Source of the DNA: Dicyema japonicum
Lineage: Eukaryota > Animalia > Dicyemida
DNA length: 64,000 nucleotides
Direction of reading: 5' to 3'
Assembly: GCA_011109175.1 (NCBI GenBank)
Contig: RDEW01000031.1
Coordinates: 655,542-719,541 of the forward strand
Part shown: positions 12,901-26,199 of the stretch, piece by piece
Layout: every line of letters starts with the position of its first letter
How positions within the stretch are numbered: the stretch's first letter is position 1
The notes under the pieces: model-generated
Seen by the model: only the letters and a program-made list of their open reading frames with translations
Databases searched by the model: none
What the model was told of the DNA's origin: nothing
Translations under genes and position numbers: made by a program

Positions 12901-13176
12901 TATCCCAACCAACATAAATATGGGTTGGACACACCAGTTGGTCGTGAGAAACTGACATCGATATGGGAATGATCGACGAAGGAGGTGCTGTTAAAGGATG
13001 AGATTATGAATAAGATTGGACAAGAGAATAAAAGGAGCCTCAGTATCCTTCTAGAGACTTTATTAAATAATTTATAAATTTAATAAAAATGATCGAAAAT
13101 CACAAATCGTAAACTTTAAATGAAATTAATGAAAAATAAATAATCTTATTATAAAATGTAAGAATTTAATATTAAA

Positions 13177-15069
13177 ATGGTTACCAAGGCGACTGATCCA
13201 ATATTAATTCAAGGATTTCCAGCTCGACCGTTAATTAGTCCATCCGGTACTCCATTGTGACTCATTCAGATGGGGCATGGCTTACTGTCTACAGATCTGA
13301 GTTGTTGGAGTTTCTTAAGCGACAAAAAGGTAAGAAACAGACTAAAATGGAATCCACATGCAAATCTCTCACTCAAAAATACGCCGTATGTTAAAACTTT
13401 ACTATAGCTCCTCCAATCTGGAGAATCCGACCCTTCATCGGTTCTTACCCTCAATGTGAGTTCGTCTTGTTTAACTTCCATCACTGAAGATTTTAGTCAA
13501 TTTATTCTCTTACATACAGTTGATGCCAGTAACAACAAACTTAAACTCGGTGGAACATGATATTTTTACTTGTAGAGGACTTTGTCTCATTTCCTTCCCT
13601 TATGGAACTTGACCTTTCATTAAATAACATAAATTCTGTAATTCATATTGAATCGGTCTTTAAAAATTTACAAGTATTAATCTTAATTATGCAAGAAATT
13701 AAATCTTTCCTACAATAATATTAAAGAAAAAAGTATTTTGGACATCCTAGCTTGTCTAGAACTCAGGGACCTAAATTTAGACGGGAATGAAAAAGCAAAC
13801 TGGGCTATGATATTCAAACCGAACATTGATTGTGAACGGTATGTTTACTTAAATTATAGAGGTGGTTTACCAAATTGGAGATTTTGTCACTAGAAAGTAA
13901 TAGAATAACCGATTGCAAAATATTTTACTGGTTAGCCTTTATAAAAAAGTAAAATTAACAATAATTATAGTTTAAAGAAATTGAATCTAAAAAATAACAA
14001 AATTCAGAAAATCCCAACAGTTGAAATAATAGAGAAAAAAATAAATGAATTTTTTACCCAAGAGTTTGACCAGAATGATTGCTTAAATGCTGATATTTTA
14101 GGTTGATTGACATTATTAGCTTAGAAATAAACGAAAACGGAAATTTTGTCCCTCTAAACAATTTAAAAATCATCGACATTTCATCGAACCAAGTCCTGTT
14201 TATAACTATGGTAGATTAAAGACGAAGAGAGTGTTCTATCAATGACCCTTCTTCCACAAATTGAGACAATTATTTTTATCGACAATCCTTTCGAACACCT
14301 CTCTAGTGAACATGGAGTAATTGCTGATAAGTTCTTTGAATTAAAAAACATAGAATTTATTCGGTATTTTTGTTTTTCATTCTTCAGTAGTAGCACAAAG
14401 ATAAACGTTCAAAAAAGACCACCTTTAAATACAAGAAAAGTACCTAAAGTACACGTTTGGTTATTTAGACTAACTATGACCGGGCCTTTGAAGTCTTTCG
14501 GTATCAAAAAAGAAACATCGTGGAGAAACAGATTGAAAAAGTCGAAAAAAAGTACAAAACAAAAATTTCCATCAATAAATCATTAAATAATCTTATAAAA
14601 AGTGAAATGAAAGAAAAAATAAGTGATTTAAAAATTGATGACGTCGTTGAAGGAACTTTCACTACACAGGTCAAATTAATTGTTTATATTAGATTGGGGA
14701 ACGTTTACTTGAGGAAGAGACTTATGACTATAAAAGTCATGTTAACAAAACTAAAAGAGAATTAATGCAAATCTTAAAAAATTCAAAATTTGATTCTCGA
14801 AACGGGATTGACCAAATGTACGAATATGCTTATTTTTGTTCTAAAAAGGTACTTTATTCGTATCAATTTCCAGAAAAAAAATTCAAAAGTTATCAAAGAA
14901 TCAACACAAATTTGTGAGAAAATTATCAATCCAATATACAAAGAACGTTTGAATAAATTACTAAATTCAAAAACTGCATTTTCTATGATGGCTAAGACTG
15001 CTTACTTAAAGGTTTTCGGCTTTAAATATATAGTTTAATAAAATATACAATGATCAAATTAATATTTAA
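13177..15069 (+). CDS. XRRA1: Leucine-rich repeat protein, XRRA1-like
   Basis: More than 12 introns, mostly 20-26 nt. Spliced GFPARP..GAWL, FPSLMELDLSLNNI, LQKLNLSYNNI, LEILSLESNRI, LKKLNLKNNKI and LKIIDISSNQIKDEESVL..LPQIETIIFIDNPF follow XRRA1 order. 3' exons are less certain. Confidence 0.75.
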
Positions 15070-15269
15070 CTTAAGTTTAACTAATAATACTTTACACTAT
15101 TTATACCACAAAAGGGACATTTTGTGACAAGATTACAATGCCACTTTAATTTACAGTTCGAGGATTACTCATGAAATCAGTTTAATAAAATATACAATGA
15201 TCAAATTAATATTTAACTTAAGTTTTACTAATAATACTTTACACTATTTATACCACATAAGGGACATTT

Positions 15270-15777
15270 TGTGACAAGATTACAATGCCACTTTAATTTA
15301 CAGTTCGAGGATTACTCATGGAAGCAAACCACGCTGCCAGTGAGACTTGGAGGACTTGGAATTTGGAACCCTGTGCACCTTTCTCTCCCTTCATACCTAT
15401 CATTGCTAGTGGCCTGTAACTCCCATATCAATAGGAATCTCCTGAATTCTCTATTGACAAGGACACCGGCTATATTCGTGAGGCCTGGAGCCCCACTTAT
15501 CAGCTTTCTCTGCCTTCCTCGTTCTCTCAGCGAGGTTTGGACGATGCTATATGCTGGAATTCTTTCAAAGATTTGCTAGTGTCATCTAGCCAACATCGCC
15601 GTGCCTGTTTGTTGTCGGGGGCGCCTTGAGAGCGGTGCCTAGCTCAACGCCATTCCCAATGGAGTTCTGGGTACCTTCCTGGATGATGAATGCGTTCGTA
15701 TTGAGATCTCATTGCGACTGGGATTAAAAGTCTGTGATCCACATCCGTGCCTATGCGGAGACAAGATCGACTGTTTT
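15270..15777 (+). mobile_element. CRE-like RLE retrotransposon fragment (runs into N gap)
   Basis: LPVRLGGLGI, AIPNGVLGTFLDDECVRI, LRLGLKVCDPHPCLCG. Near-identical to 20150-20625. Confidence 0.85.
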
Positions 15778-16097
15778 NNNNNNNNNNNNNNNNNNNNNNN
15801 NNNNNNNNNNNNNNNNNNNNNNNNNNNNNNNNNNNNNNNNNNNNNNNNNNNNNNNNNNNNNNNNNNNNNNNNNNNNNNNNNNNNNNNNNNNNNNNNNNNN
15901 NNNNNNNNNNNNNNNNNNNNNNNNNNNNNNNNNNNNNNNNNNNNNNNNNNNNNNNNNNNNNNNNNNNNNNNNNNNNNNNNNNNNNNNNNNNNNNNNNNNN
16001 NNNNNNNNNNNNNNNNNNNNNNNNNNNNNNNNNNNNNNNNNNNNNNNNNNNNNNNNNNNNNNNNNNNNNNNNNNNNNNNNNNNNNNNNNNNNNNNNN
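15778..16097. other. Assembly gap (N run)
   Basis: 320 consecutive n. Confidence 1.
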
Positions 16098-16099
16098 TC

Positions 16100-16345
16100 T
16101 AATCATTCTTCCTCTTCGCCACTGGTTTTGGGATCATCCTCTTAAAGCTTTCATCCATATTAAAGTGAGGTGGCCAAGTCGTAAACACCTATCATAAAGA
16201 CATTGCAGATAGTCAAATAAAATATCCGAACCCTCTTTGATAAGTTTCATTGATATGTGGTCATATCCTGGAGCATTGACCTTGCATTCCCTGATAGCCG
16301 TCATCACTTCCAAGACGATGACAGCAATAGGCAGTTCCTCGTCGG
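16100..16345 (-). mobile_element. LINE-A RT fragment
   Basis: Reverse complement closely matches 1505-1720 (NAPGYDHISMKLIKEG). Confidence 0.85.
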
Positions 16346-16674
16346 AGTGTTTAAATATATCAGTTGAAATTAGGACTGATGATTTTGTTATCTGTTTTCT
16401 TGATTTTGGTCAGTTTATTCATCAAGAACGGGAAATAACCCTTGACCACGTTGCACTAGCAAGGGTCAATACTGGTCAGATAAATCGTATGTAGATGGTG
16501 GTGAGGAATACAGCATTGTCTCCAAGATCTTTTGTCCATGGGTTCAGAGTGTCAACATTTGAATTTTTCCGTAAAATACGTAAACTTTCAAAAAGTGTTA
16601 ATAAAATTAATAAAGTATAATATTAAAAAATATATATAAATTTAAATATTTTGGCGGAATTCGTTTCTATCTCA

Positions 16675-18072
16675 ATGTGGGACGTTAATGTTTCTGAGCT
16701 TTTGAATCTTCCAATGGCTTTTAGTAAATTTGATGCTATATGGGATGAAGTTGGGCTTTCAAATGACTATCGCCGTGAAAGACAGAGCAAATTTTTTGAT
16801 AACATAAAAAACAGGATATTCATGGTACTTGAAGATGAGGAACTATCAAAAATATCACTGGATAAGGAAATTTGCAGCATGAAGGAAGAAGCCGATTTTC
16901 TCGCAAAGGAACTTGGGTTTGAATGCAAAGAGGTCGATCCAGCTCTAAACCTCATTAAAAAATGCGAGATAATAACAAAATATTATGAAAAAATGGTTTC
17001 CGAAAAAGAAAAACGAATGTCAGAGAAGAATAGACTTTATGATTTGAACAGAAAGTATTCTCTTTTGCTCGAGGAGGAAATGATTAAGTTTGACGAAAGC
17101 GTAGTTCCCTCGTTGGAGTCCTTGGAAAAGGCTCAGCAACTGGTTGATATTCAAGAGACTCAAATAAGATTGAACTCTGACAAATACAACATGTATTACT
17201 CTGAGATTACTGACATTCTTGGACGACTATCTGATGTTCCTGCTTCTGAGTTATTCTGTTCTCACACGGACGTACTTTCTGAAGACTTTCTACTGGAATG
17301 TAAACGCTATATTGAAGAATTAAAGAAGGAACTCAACAGGAGAGAAACTCTTATGCAGTCTTTGTTGTCAACTGGTGAGAGCCTTTCAAATAATTTGTCA
17401 CTTATTGGTGTGCATGTGGCCTTTCCGAGAGCTGTGGACCCTATATCTTTGGATTTGATTACAGAATGGACTAACAAGGTGTCAGAACTTAAGTTTACTC
17501 TCAATGAAAAAAAGAGCTCTCTATTGGAATGTCTTGATACTGAAATGAAATTGATGTATTTTGGGAATAAACAGGTCCCTGTTATGACTATGGACGACAG
17601 TGTCAGAGATATTATAGACAAACTCAGTCATGTGAGAAGAATGAAGGAAAGAATATCAGTTTTTACGAGTAATATTAACAAGTGGAAGGAGTGTATGTCA
17701 TCTATAATGACGATTGGAGCTAAATCGAGTGACCCTGACCGACTCAGAAACAGAGGGGGTTTTCTGTTGAAGGATGCTGCGGATTTACAGAGGTTTAACA
17801 ATGAGTGTGGAAAGCTGGAGGCAAAAATATTAGGATTTGTTGTTGATGATGAGGAACTGAGTGAATTGATTGAAGAACAAAAAGGGGCTTTCAAAGAACT
17901 TGTGACTGAAGAGAAGCAAAGAATGAGTGATAGTAAGGCATCTCGTAAGGATAGTGTGAAAAAGAGTAGAGGAGAACAGTCAAAATATACCCATTCTGTA
18001 TTTTTTGATGTTATTTAGACTCCATTGTCGGTTAGTAATACTAACAAGGGAAATATTAACAGGAAATTTTAG
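16675..18072 (+). CDS. PRC1: Protein regulator of cytokinesis 1 / MAP65-ASE1 family
   Basis: IWDEVGLS..RRER N-terminus, long coiled coil and DPDRLRNRGGFLLK signature. One 21-nt intron (17998-18018) and a short last exon ending RKF*. Confidence 0.85.
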
Positions 18073-19189
18073 ATTTGATTTGTTATAAACTTTCGCTTTT
18101 TTATTACAAACTCGTTGCAAAAGTAATAGTTTCACAACTGTGTCTTTTTACATAATCATTATGCGACATTTATACTAATATTCTGGTTTAATGTGAAGTA
18201 GCACATAAAAATTCTTGTAGACAAATGCTAAGACTTGGGTTGAAGAATGTTAGCATTTTTTGTTTGAGATTATATTATTCTTTCATAAAGCGATTAAACG
18301 TAATCCTCTCCCAAGAAGTGGTAAATACAATTAACGCAGATGTATACAATGTTTAATCAATAAACTGTGTAGTTAATATTTAGTGTGTAATACCTAACAA
18401 AGAGGAACATGGCCGGTAGATTATTATGTTTCATTACAAAACTAAGGTTATAAAAGTCGCAATTGAAAATTTTGTTCATTTTCCTAACTGCAAACTAAAC
18501 TATGTGTACATATAATATTTGTTAAACATGGTTATTGTCAACAGAGTTTCACATTTAGTAATTTCTCATCATTTGTGCATTTTATTTTCAACACTTATGT
18601 TTTCAATATGAAAACTTGTGATGAAACTATTAAAAATACATTCTGTACTCAGAGCAAAATACCTATAAATGGGGATACCTGACTTGTACTCATAGTTTCC
18701 TGAAATGTTTAAAACTTCAAAAAGTTTTAAACGATGATTATGCAATATACGGTTCCACTTACAACAATTGTTTTCCTTTACGAAATCAACAAAATATTCT
18801 CAGAGAACAAAGTTGACGATGAACACTTGTCATCCCTGATCATGGTCGGAACTGCTAATATATTTCAGATATATGAAAAATTGTTATGAAAATGAAGCAC
18901 CTCAGGACAAAACAAAGAGTGAAAATGATAATATTGAATCTTTATTATTGTTATATTTGGGGGTGAATCGTAATATACCCTTTGTAGAGATACAGTTCAT
19001 TGCGGTGTTATTCATTAGCAAAAATAATAGCATATGAATTAGATATTGTCTTTTATTTTTTACAAATTTTCCTATTCAAAAAGATTTATTTCCCCGGAAA
19101 AAATTACAAATGTAATCGTTTGAAATCTTTTTTAGTCATCAAACGTATATTTCAATTGATTTTTTCGGAAAAAGTGAGCGAATAATTAT

Positions 19190-19900
19190 ATAGCGGCCGT
19201 CCTGACTGAATGGCTATACCCTTTCCGGATGAGGATGACGAGCGAGATCAAATAACCAAATACGACTCAAGGAGTTTTCTTTCATGAGAGGGTGCAGGCC
19301 AAAACAGTCGATCTGGTCTCCACATCGGCACAGATGTGGAACACCTTCGTTAGTCCGAAGGGCATCCTCGATCGTATTGGAAAGGACCTCCGTAGCGACA
19401 GGTCGTACGGTCTTTGGATCTTCACAAGACTACTCTGTGAAGAAAGTAGCTCAGAGATGTAAGAATGTTTCGAGTCCGTAGTTGATAATTAACAGGAGAG
19501 TTAACAGTGGTGCGGGGACGAGGAACCTTCATGCATGACTGCTAGTTCCATACTCAAGCGCGCTCATTGCAGCTTGGGATAGCTTGATACACCTGAGGTG
19601 GAAGAAATCTCGACATGTGGAACAGAAGATCCCACGCTTCAGAGTTCTGACTTGCCCAATGGATGAACACCTCTCGAATGGATGAATACTTAGAAGATAC
19701 GATTTTCCTTAAAATGGGAACAAGATCCTGAAAGACAGATACTTGGGGATGAAGGGTGATGAAACTCTTGGGATAAAGTGGGATGACACTCTTGGGATGC
19801 GGGGATAGGCATTGTGGAGTGCAGCACACTTTTATGCACCAAAAACCACACAGCAGCACGTTTTTTATATTTCAAAAGGTAATATTATTATTGTCATTAG
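19190..19900 (-). mobile_element. Internally deleted CRE-like element
   Basis: N-terminal LVPILRKIVSS..EAWDLLF region joined to CLCGD-like and 3'-end sequence similar to 20590-20650. Confidence 0.6.
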
Positions 19901-20059
19901 CCGCGTGTCCATGCATCTACTTGATTGAATATTCTGGTGACGTCATTGGATTTAAAAGAATCCGAATTCCTGGATGGTGGTTAGAAAATGTAAGAAGGGT
20001 CACGAAATTAATTAATTTTAGTCGATATAAATTACTAAATAAATATGTCATGAGGAATG

Positions 20060-21250
20060 CCCTCTATTTCACCCTGTGTGACCAACTCGCACAGATTAAC
20101 GAGATCTTCTGTACGACAGCGGAACGTATCTTCAACGTCCGGTTCGAGGATTACTCATGGAAGCAAGCCACGCTGCCAGTGAGACTTGGAGGACTTGGAA
20201 TTTGGAACCCTGTGGACCTTTCTCTCCCTTCATACCTATCATTGCTAGTGGCCTGTAACTCCCATATCAAGAGGATTCTACACTCTCTCCTGAATTCTCT
20301 ATTGACAAGGACATCGGCTATATTCGTGATGCCTGGAGCCTCACTTATCAGCTATCCCTGCTTTCCTCGTTCTCTCAGCGGGGCTTCAATGATGCTATAT
20401 GCTGGAATTCTTTCAAAGATTTGCTAGTGTCATCTAGCCAACATCGCCGTGCCTGTTTGTTGTCGGGGGCGCCTTGAGAGCGGTGCCTAGCTCAACGCTA
20501 TTCCCAATGGAGTTCTGGGTACCTTCCTGGATGATGAATGCGTTCGTATTGAGATCTCATTGCGACTGGGATTAAAAGTCTGTGATCCACATCCGTGCCT
20601 ATGCGGAGACAAGATCGACTGTTTTGGCCTACACCCTTTCTCCTGCTTAAAGAGTGCAGGCTGATTTCCCAAACACATAGCCTTGAACGAATCTTTGGAC
20701 GTCGTCGGACACCCCTCCATACTCGAACCGGTCAGTCTTTGCAGGCGGGACGTGAAACGACCAGATTGGATGACAATCTTCCCTTTTGAAGCCGGAAAAC
20801 CTCTTGTCTGGGACGTTACCTGCACCGACACGTTTGCTTCTTGCAACCTACTCCAGAATGCCTCCGGAGTCTGTTCTGCCCTGAGCAGGTCGTTGAAGCC
20901 GGAAAACCTCTTGTCTGGGACGTTACCTGCACCGACACGTTTGCTTCTTGCAACCTACTCCAGAATGCCTCCGGAGTCTGTTCTGCCCTGAGCAGGTCGA
21001 GAAGATGAAACGGGAAAAGTACGCGGTCCTACCCAAGGATTTTTTTTTCATTCCACTCGCAGTTGAGACGTCTGGTTTCCTTTGCCTACGACGCTGTAAT
21101 TCGTGAGTCGTCTAGGGAATTGGATCGCTACACGAACAGGAGATCCTCGTGAGCGCTGTTGGTTATTTGATCGAATCTCGCTCGCTATCCTAAGAGGGAA
21201 TAGCCACGCAGTCAGGGCAGCCGTTTACTCTTTTGTTTTTTTACTAAAAT
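20060..21250 (+). mobile_element. CRE-like retrotransposon, 5'-truncated, with RLE domain
   Basis: LPVRLGGLGI, CxC..H..C zinc motif, KRPDWMTIFPF..LVWDVTC, IPLAVETSG, RISLAILRGN. Contains a 107-bp tandem duplication. Confidence 0.88.
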
Positions 21251-21329
21251 AGATGTAATATATATTTATTACCAATTATTACCTCTAATCACACTTTTGT
21301 CGTCACATCTTTCGATACTCACCGCCTGC

Positions 21330-22070
21330 TGAGGTTCAACTCTTACAAACCAAGTGTACCTATTGTGCCACCATCGGAATCCGAAGTTCACGTGACCGAA
21401 GCCCGACTCTTTTGTTCCATTAAGGTTTTTGCTACAGCAGTAAAGGTATTAATTGACTTCCTCTTTGTCACATCAAGGATCTAATTTTCGAGGCCTGACT
21501 GTTATTCAATGTCTATATCCTGTTTCAAAGATTGTCATAGGAGATGTTCTCATATGCCTAAAACATCTTGTTTTACAAGCACCGATATCTGGATACTGGC
21601 TTCACATCTTCTGAGATAATATTGTAGGATCTCATACCTGTGTCCAGGAAGGGGATTCTCTTTGACCACTCTTTTTTGCTTTAATTGTCGATGATGTTGC
21701 ACACAATGTGCGTTCCTCGTTGAACGTATGGTATCTGGATGACATTGATCCACGGACGTAGTGAATAAACTTACTTTTCATTATATCGTCAGCCTTCAGG
21801 TACTGTGACATCTTTAACGCCATAGATTTAACCCTAAAATCCTAGAGGGTGATGTCCTCAATGTTTGGCTCGACTGTCCTGCCGCTTACTCTGCCGAAAG
21901 GAGGAGGCTGGCTAAATATTTTGAACTTGGAATCCATTTCCGTTTCGTCCCAATTGCAATTTTAGATTTGGTGGGTGGTCTGTCATCAAAAGTGTTCTCA
22001 GAGAGATTTTATATCCGTTAAGACTGAGAGATCTTCTGGAGTGGAGTTAATTCTGCGGTGATTTTGAATT
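21330..22070 (+). mobile_element. CRE-like RT/RLE remnants
   Basis: CVQEGDSL*PLFFAL and SSLNVWYLDD (CRE-type RT), then FRFVPIA. Confidence 0.65.
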
Positions 22071-22270
22071 ACCATCGTTCGCGCAAACTCTTTTTTGTCA
22101 TTTAAATTAATTTTTTTCGTAAATTGCGGTTGAGAAATAATCACAACGGTGTATGTGGTTAATAATACTTATATAATATGACAAAAGTTAATAGAACACT
22201 TTGCTATTCCCTCTTATTCGTTAATCAGAAAGTTGAACTAATTTTTATTTTAAATGTTAGTACAATAATA

Positions 22271-23248
22271 TTAATAATATCCGATTTTGAGATTTGTAAA
22301 CTTTGATTTAATTTTGGCAAAAAATAATTTGGTATCATTTCTGAATGGAGGGGAACTTTGGAGTAATAAAAAAAATGTCAATGAGAAATAAGAGATGCCA
22401 ATTATTCCATCAAATAATAATTTGACGATTAAAACTTTCAAAAATTCTTCCGAATCATTAAAAACAAAGTTAACCAAAACATAAAGAATGGAACATGGAA
22501 TATAGGTTGTCAAGTAGAAAATTGTAATAGTGAGGTTTATTTTGGTGGAAACTGGAAGTGTGTACATTCTTCCCGAGAGTTTCTTATATTCTCGTTCACT
22601 CCGTTTAATAAAGAATGTGGTGATTGCATTCAAAATGAGAATAATCAATGGCAATATCAAAGAGAGGATTGTTATCGTTAAAGAATATATTCTGTAATAT
22701 GTCAATGTGGATGGTTTTATGGTGCATAGACTGGTTGAAGTCTCATAAATCCAAAAATAAAAATTTGGCAAAATAAGTATAATATTAAATAAGAGAATCA
22801 ATAAACATGACAAAAGTGTCCGAGAATACGAAATGTATTGAACCATTAATGGGATTCCAACAGTGAACAATTCCAATATGCTCCCCATCAGTAAATAAAA
22901 TGGATGAGTTGTCTGGGAGGCATTAAAAATGCTGACAAACAAACCACAACCAAAACTGGAGCTGAAAATCTAAATTAAAACAATAAATACATTCAGGTTG
23001 TTATTTATGACCAAAGTGTGAATCATAAGAGTGACCAATGTGACGATATCACACGCAGAAAGGAAAAAGATAACAATCATCGACTTTGACTTTCTCTGTT
23101 TTGAATTTGCTAGAATCACCAACAACAAAATATTGGTAGGAATTCCAATTGTGAACCAAATGAATTTAAAAACTAGGGCTGTCTTTACACTGTAAAAAGA
23201 AAAATCGTTTAATATGTCATTCATCCCTGAGTTTGATTTGTTGTGCAT
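22271..23248 (-). CDS. Class A (rhodopsin-like) peptide-receptor-like GPCR, divergent
   Basis: One 21-nt intron joins two ORFs into 7 hydrophobic segments. TM1 GIPTNILLLVIL, TM2 FLSACD, TM3 Cys in FGCGL, ECL2 Cys, TM5 Pro, TM6 TTYIP, helix-8 F(R)N..K..F. Confidence 0.85.
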
Positions 23249-23479
23249 TGTTCTAATCTACTTGCGGTGATACGAAAATTCTTAAAATATTTTGATAAAG
23301 ATAACAGTTCGATAAAATTCACATTTTATTGTTTATTTGGGTTTTTACATCTAAAATTATTTTTTTAATCAATTAATATTAAATTTAAAATTAAATTGAA
23401 ATATTGAAAATATATTAAATATCATCAAACATTAATCATAATGGATTATGCAATTGACAGCACATCCACCTTTAGGCGA

Positions 23480-24070
23480 CGTTGAGAAATGTCTAAGGGC
23501 TCCTACGTTTCTGCAAGGAACTAGAAAACTAATTCAGAGAAACGTATAGGAAATCTGATCTACCATTAAGAAAGGTATCCAGATAGAATTCCTCTGCATA
23601 GACAACAGAAGACACTTTCTGAAAGCACTTGAGTCTCTGTCGGAACACTCAAGGAGAGTTATTTGGCTATTAGAGGCTTGATAACCTAATTAGTTGGTTC
23701 AACATTTCTTTATTGGTAGTCTTTGGGTTCTAGTAATAATAAACGTTAATATAGAAATGGAAAAGTTTATCCTTTTGTGAATTAATAACGACTCAAGGTT
23801 CGAATTGGCTTCTTATAACTCACATTAAACTTAATTTATTGAACCAGAAAACCACCGTCATAGCCAGACCTCACATAAAAAATTTATGTGATCTCTGCAT
23901 CCCTCAACAGTCTTTGCATGTTCGGACCCTTCCTTCTGGTCCGCCCAGGGTGAACTCCTCTGGATAATTATTTTTGGTATAATTTAGGATTATATCTGGC
24001 GCCACTAGAGATGGTGAATCACATGAAGCACACTACCAATTCATGGTCCCTGGAGCCAAAGGGGAATAAT
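23480..24070. mobile_element. Two opposed 3' fragments of the LINE-C family
   Basis: 23480-23700 (+) resembles 49360-49600. 23880-24070 (-) ends RLLRDAEIT*, like the GIT* end at 61414. Confidence 0.5.
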
Positions 24071-24479
24071 AGGAACAAAATAAACAAACAAAAATCTTCA
24101 AGTAGCCAAATAGCACTACAATAACTTTGGTTCCACGTGGTACATGTATTAAATAATAACTAAGAACCATATGGAAAGTTTGGAAATGAATATTTTACAT
24201 TTAAAACTATCTGTTTGAAAAAACCTCAAATTTAATGTTTTATTGTGTAATTTAATTTTTTCACTCACAATTAGAATATATGAAAAATTGCGTGCAGAAA
24301 TATCTCAAATAAAACAAAACATTGAAGACCTAAAGAAATACAAAATGCTATCGGATTCCTTCATGAAACTAAACTGACTGATTAACATCGTGGAGAGTAT
24401 CACCTAATCCTCCTGCCTAGTCAGTCAATAACTATAACTAGGTGGTTCTCAGTATTATTTGCCATCAAATATGGAGAAT

Positions 24480-25700
24480 TAATGACAAAATTAAGGTTTC
24501 ACAAATCAAATGATTACCAATAACTAACATGTATGCACCCCACAGTGGATGGATTAATAAGAATCCTGAGGGAATTAATAATTTTTACATTGAACTCTCA
24601 ATGGTGTACTGTGAACATGGACATTCTTTATTGGTATTCATTGATTGGAATCTGAGTGCCAAAGTGGGAACTCGTGTTTACGCGGAAGAAACATTCATGA
24701 GAAGACATGGTAGGGGAAAAGAAACCTGCCAGGAATCTCACTCCTTAATTAATTTAATAATTATACATATATAGACACAACCAGACACGTAGTAATAGGA
24801 CGAATTTTGATGGTCAAATTATCTTAACTCAAATTGACTATGAAGGAATGAAGACAATTACAACTAATGCTCATATGGTGGATCAAGAATAACTTTATAA
24901 ATAAGCTTTAGAGAATATCGCCCGGATCCTAGACGACAAGGTTGGATACAAGGGGACGGGGGATTCCTGTTCAAAAACCCCTACAAGAAAACCTAAGATC
25001 TTTATTCCGATGAATACAATATGAAAGGATATCTTGTTCTGAGAAAACTGAAAGATATCTATTTGCATGCAATTGCGGATTTCGAAAGGGAAGATCTACG
25101 TCAAATGCTGTTTAGAGTCATAAATGGAGGTGTCAGTTTTACAAAGAATTAACGACTACAAAAATCTTATAAATTGATAATTCCAAATCCTTCGATTCTG
25201 TCAGTTGCCCAAACTTATTGAAAGCATTCTACTCAACTGATTTGAATCTATCAGAATTAGGAGAGTATTTGTTTCAAACCCATTCAAAACAGGGACCCCA
25301 CAAAAAGATCTATCTCCATTTTATTTGCAATATATGGAATGGGAACTTATGCAACTGAGGTCTTAAGAAAGACGTTTTAACTCGTGTGGACAATGTGAAG
25401 TTTGTCTCGGAAGACACAACCCAATTAATGGAGGTAATACCGGAAGACTCTCTGAATAATTTCTTAAAACTTAATGTGGACAAACGAATGAATCAATAAC
25501 TAACGAAATCGGGCGCAAGACCAAGAATTTAGGGACCATTCTAGGAGACCAGGAATACAGTGCGAGAAACAAAAACGATTGCAGTGGACATGAAAGACTT
25601 AGTTAACGTGGCCATGGAGGACTTTTTCATTTCTAACGCTCTCCAATTCAGTAGAGGAACAAGAATTACTCTCCCTAAACCTCTCTTGGTTTCAATCAAC
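24480..25700 (+). mobile_element. Degenerate RTE remnant
   Basis: APE-like YAPHSG..NLSAKVG..FMRRHGRG and broken RT motifs. Confidence 0.6.
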
Positions 25701-26199
25701 AAGGTCTTTAAGTTATAAATGTTCTGAAAACCAGGTTACTCACTTTCCCTGTCTCGGACGCTTTTTAATAATGTCGGTTCCTTGGTTCATTTCCTTAATT
25801 AACTTCCACTTTGCTAACAAAACCGAATATTCACATAGCAGAGTACATCATATTTGCTTTATGACTTGGTGATATAACAGAAATTCTTCAAAAACGCCTT
25901 AATTTCGTCTATATTGGATGTAAAACTCCTCATACACCATTCACAACTGAATTCGACCAATTCAACCTGGACCAACTTTTTGCCCAAATGATGTTACATC
26001 CTCGTTGTCAAAAAACAAAATAGTTTGTTTCTTACGGTCACATAAGTGGAAAATCTCGCAATATTACAAAAGTTTGAGTTTTGTGCTAGTGAGTCCTTTA
26101 CGCTAAAAATATCTCGAGTGAGGAAATAAATTGGATAAAAGAGAAAGGTCACTTGCGCTACTAAATAGTAGAAATATAATTCTTGCCATTTCCGAGAAC

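Noticed and set aside
15639-16197. Long ORFs in the six-frame track
   Set aside because: They are made of X residues from the N gap.
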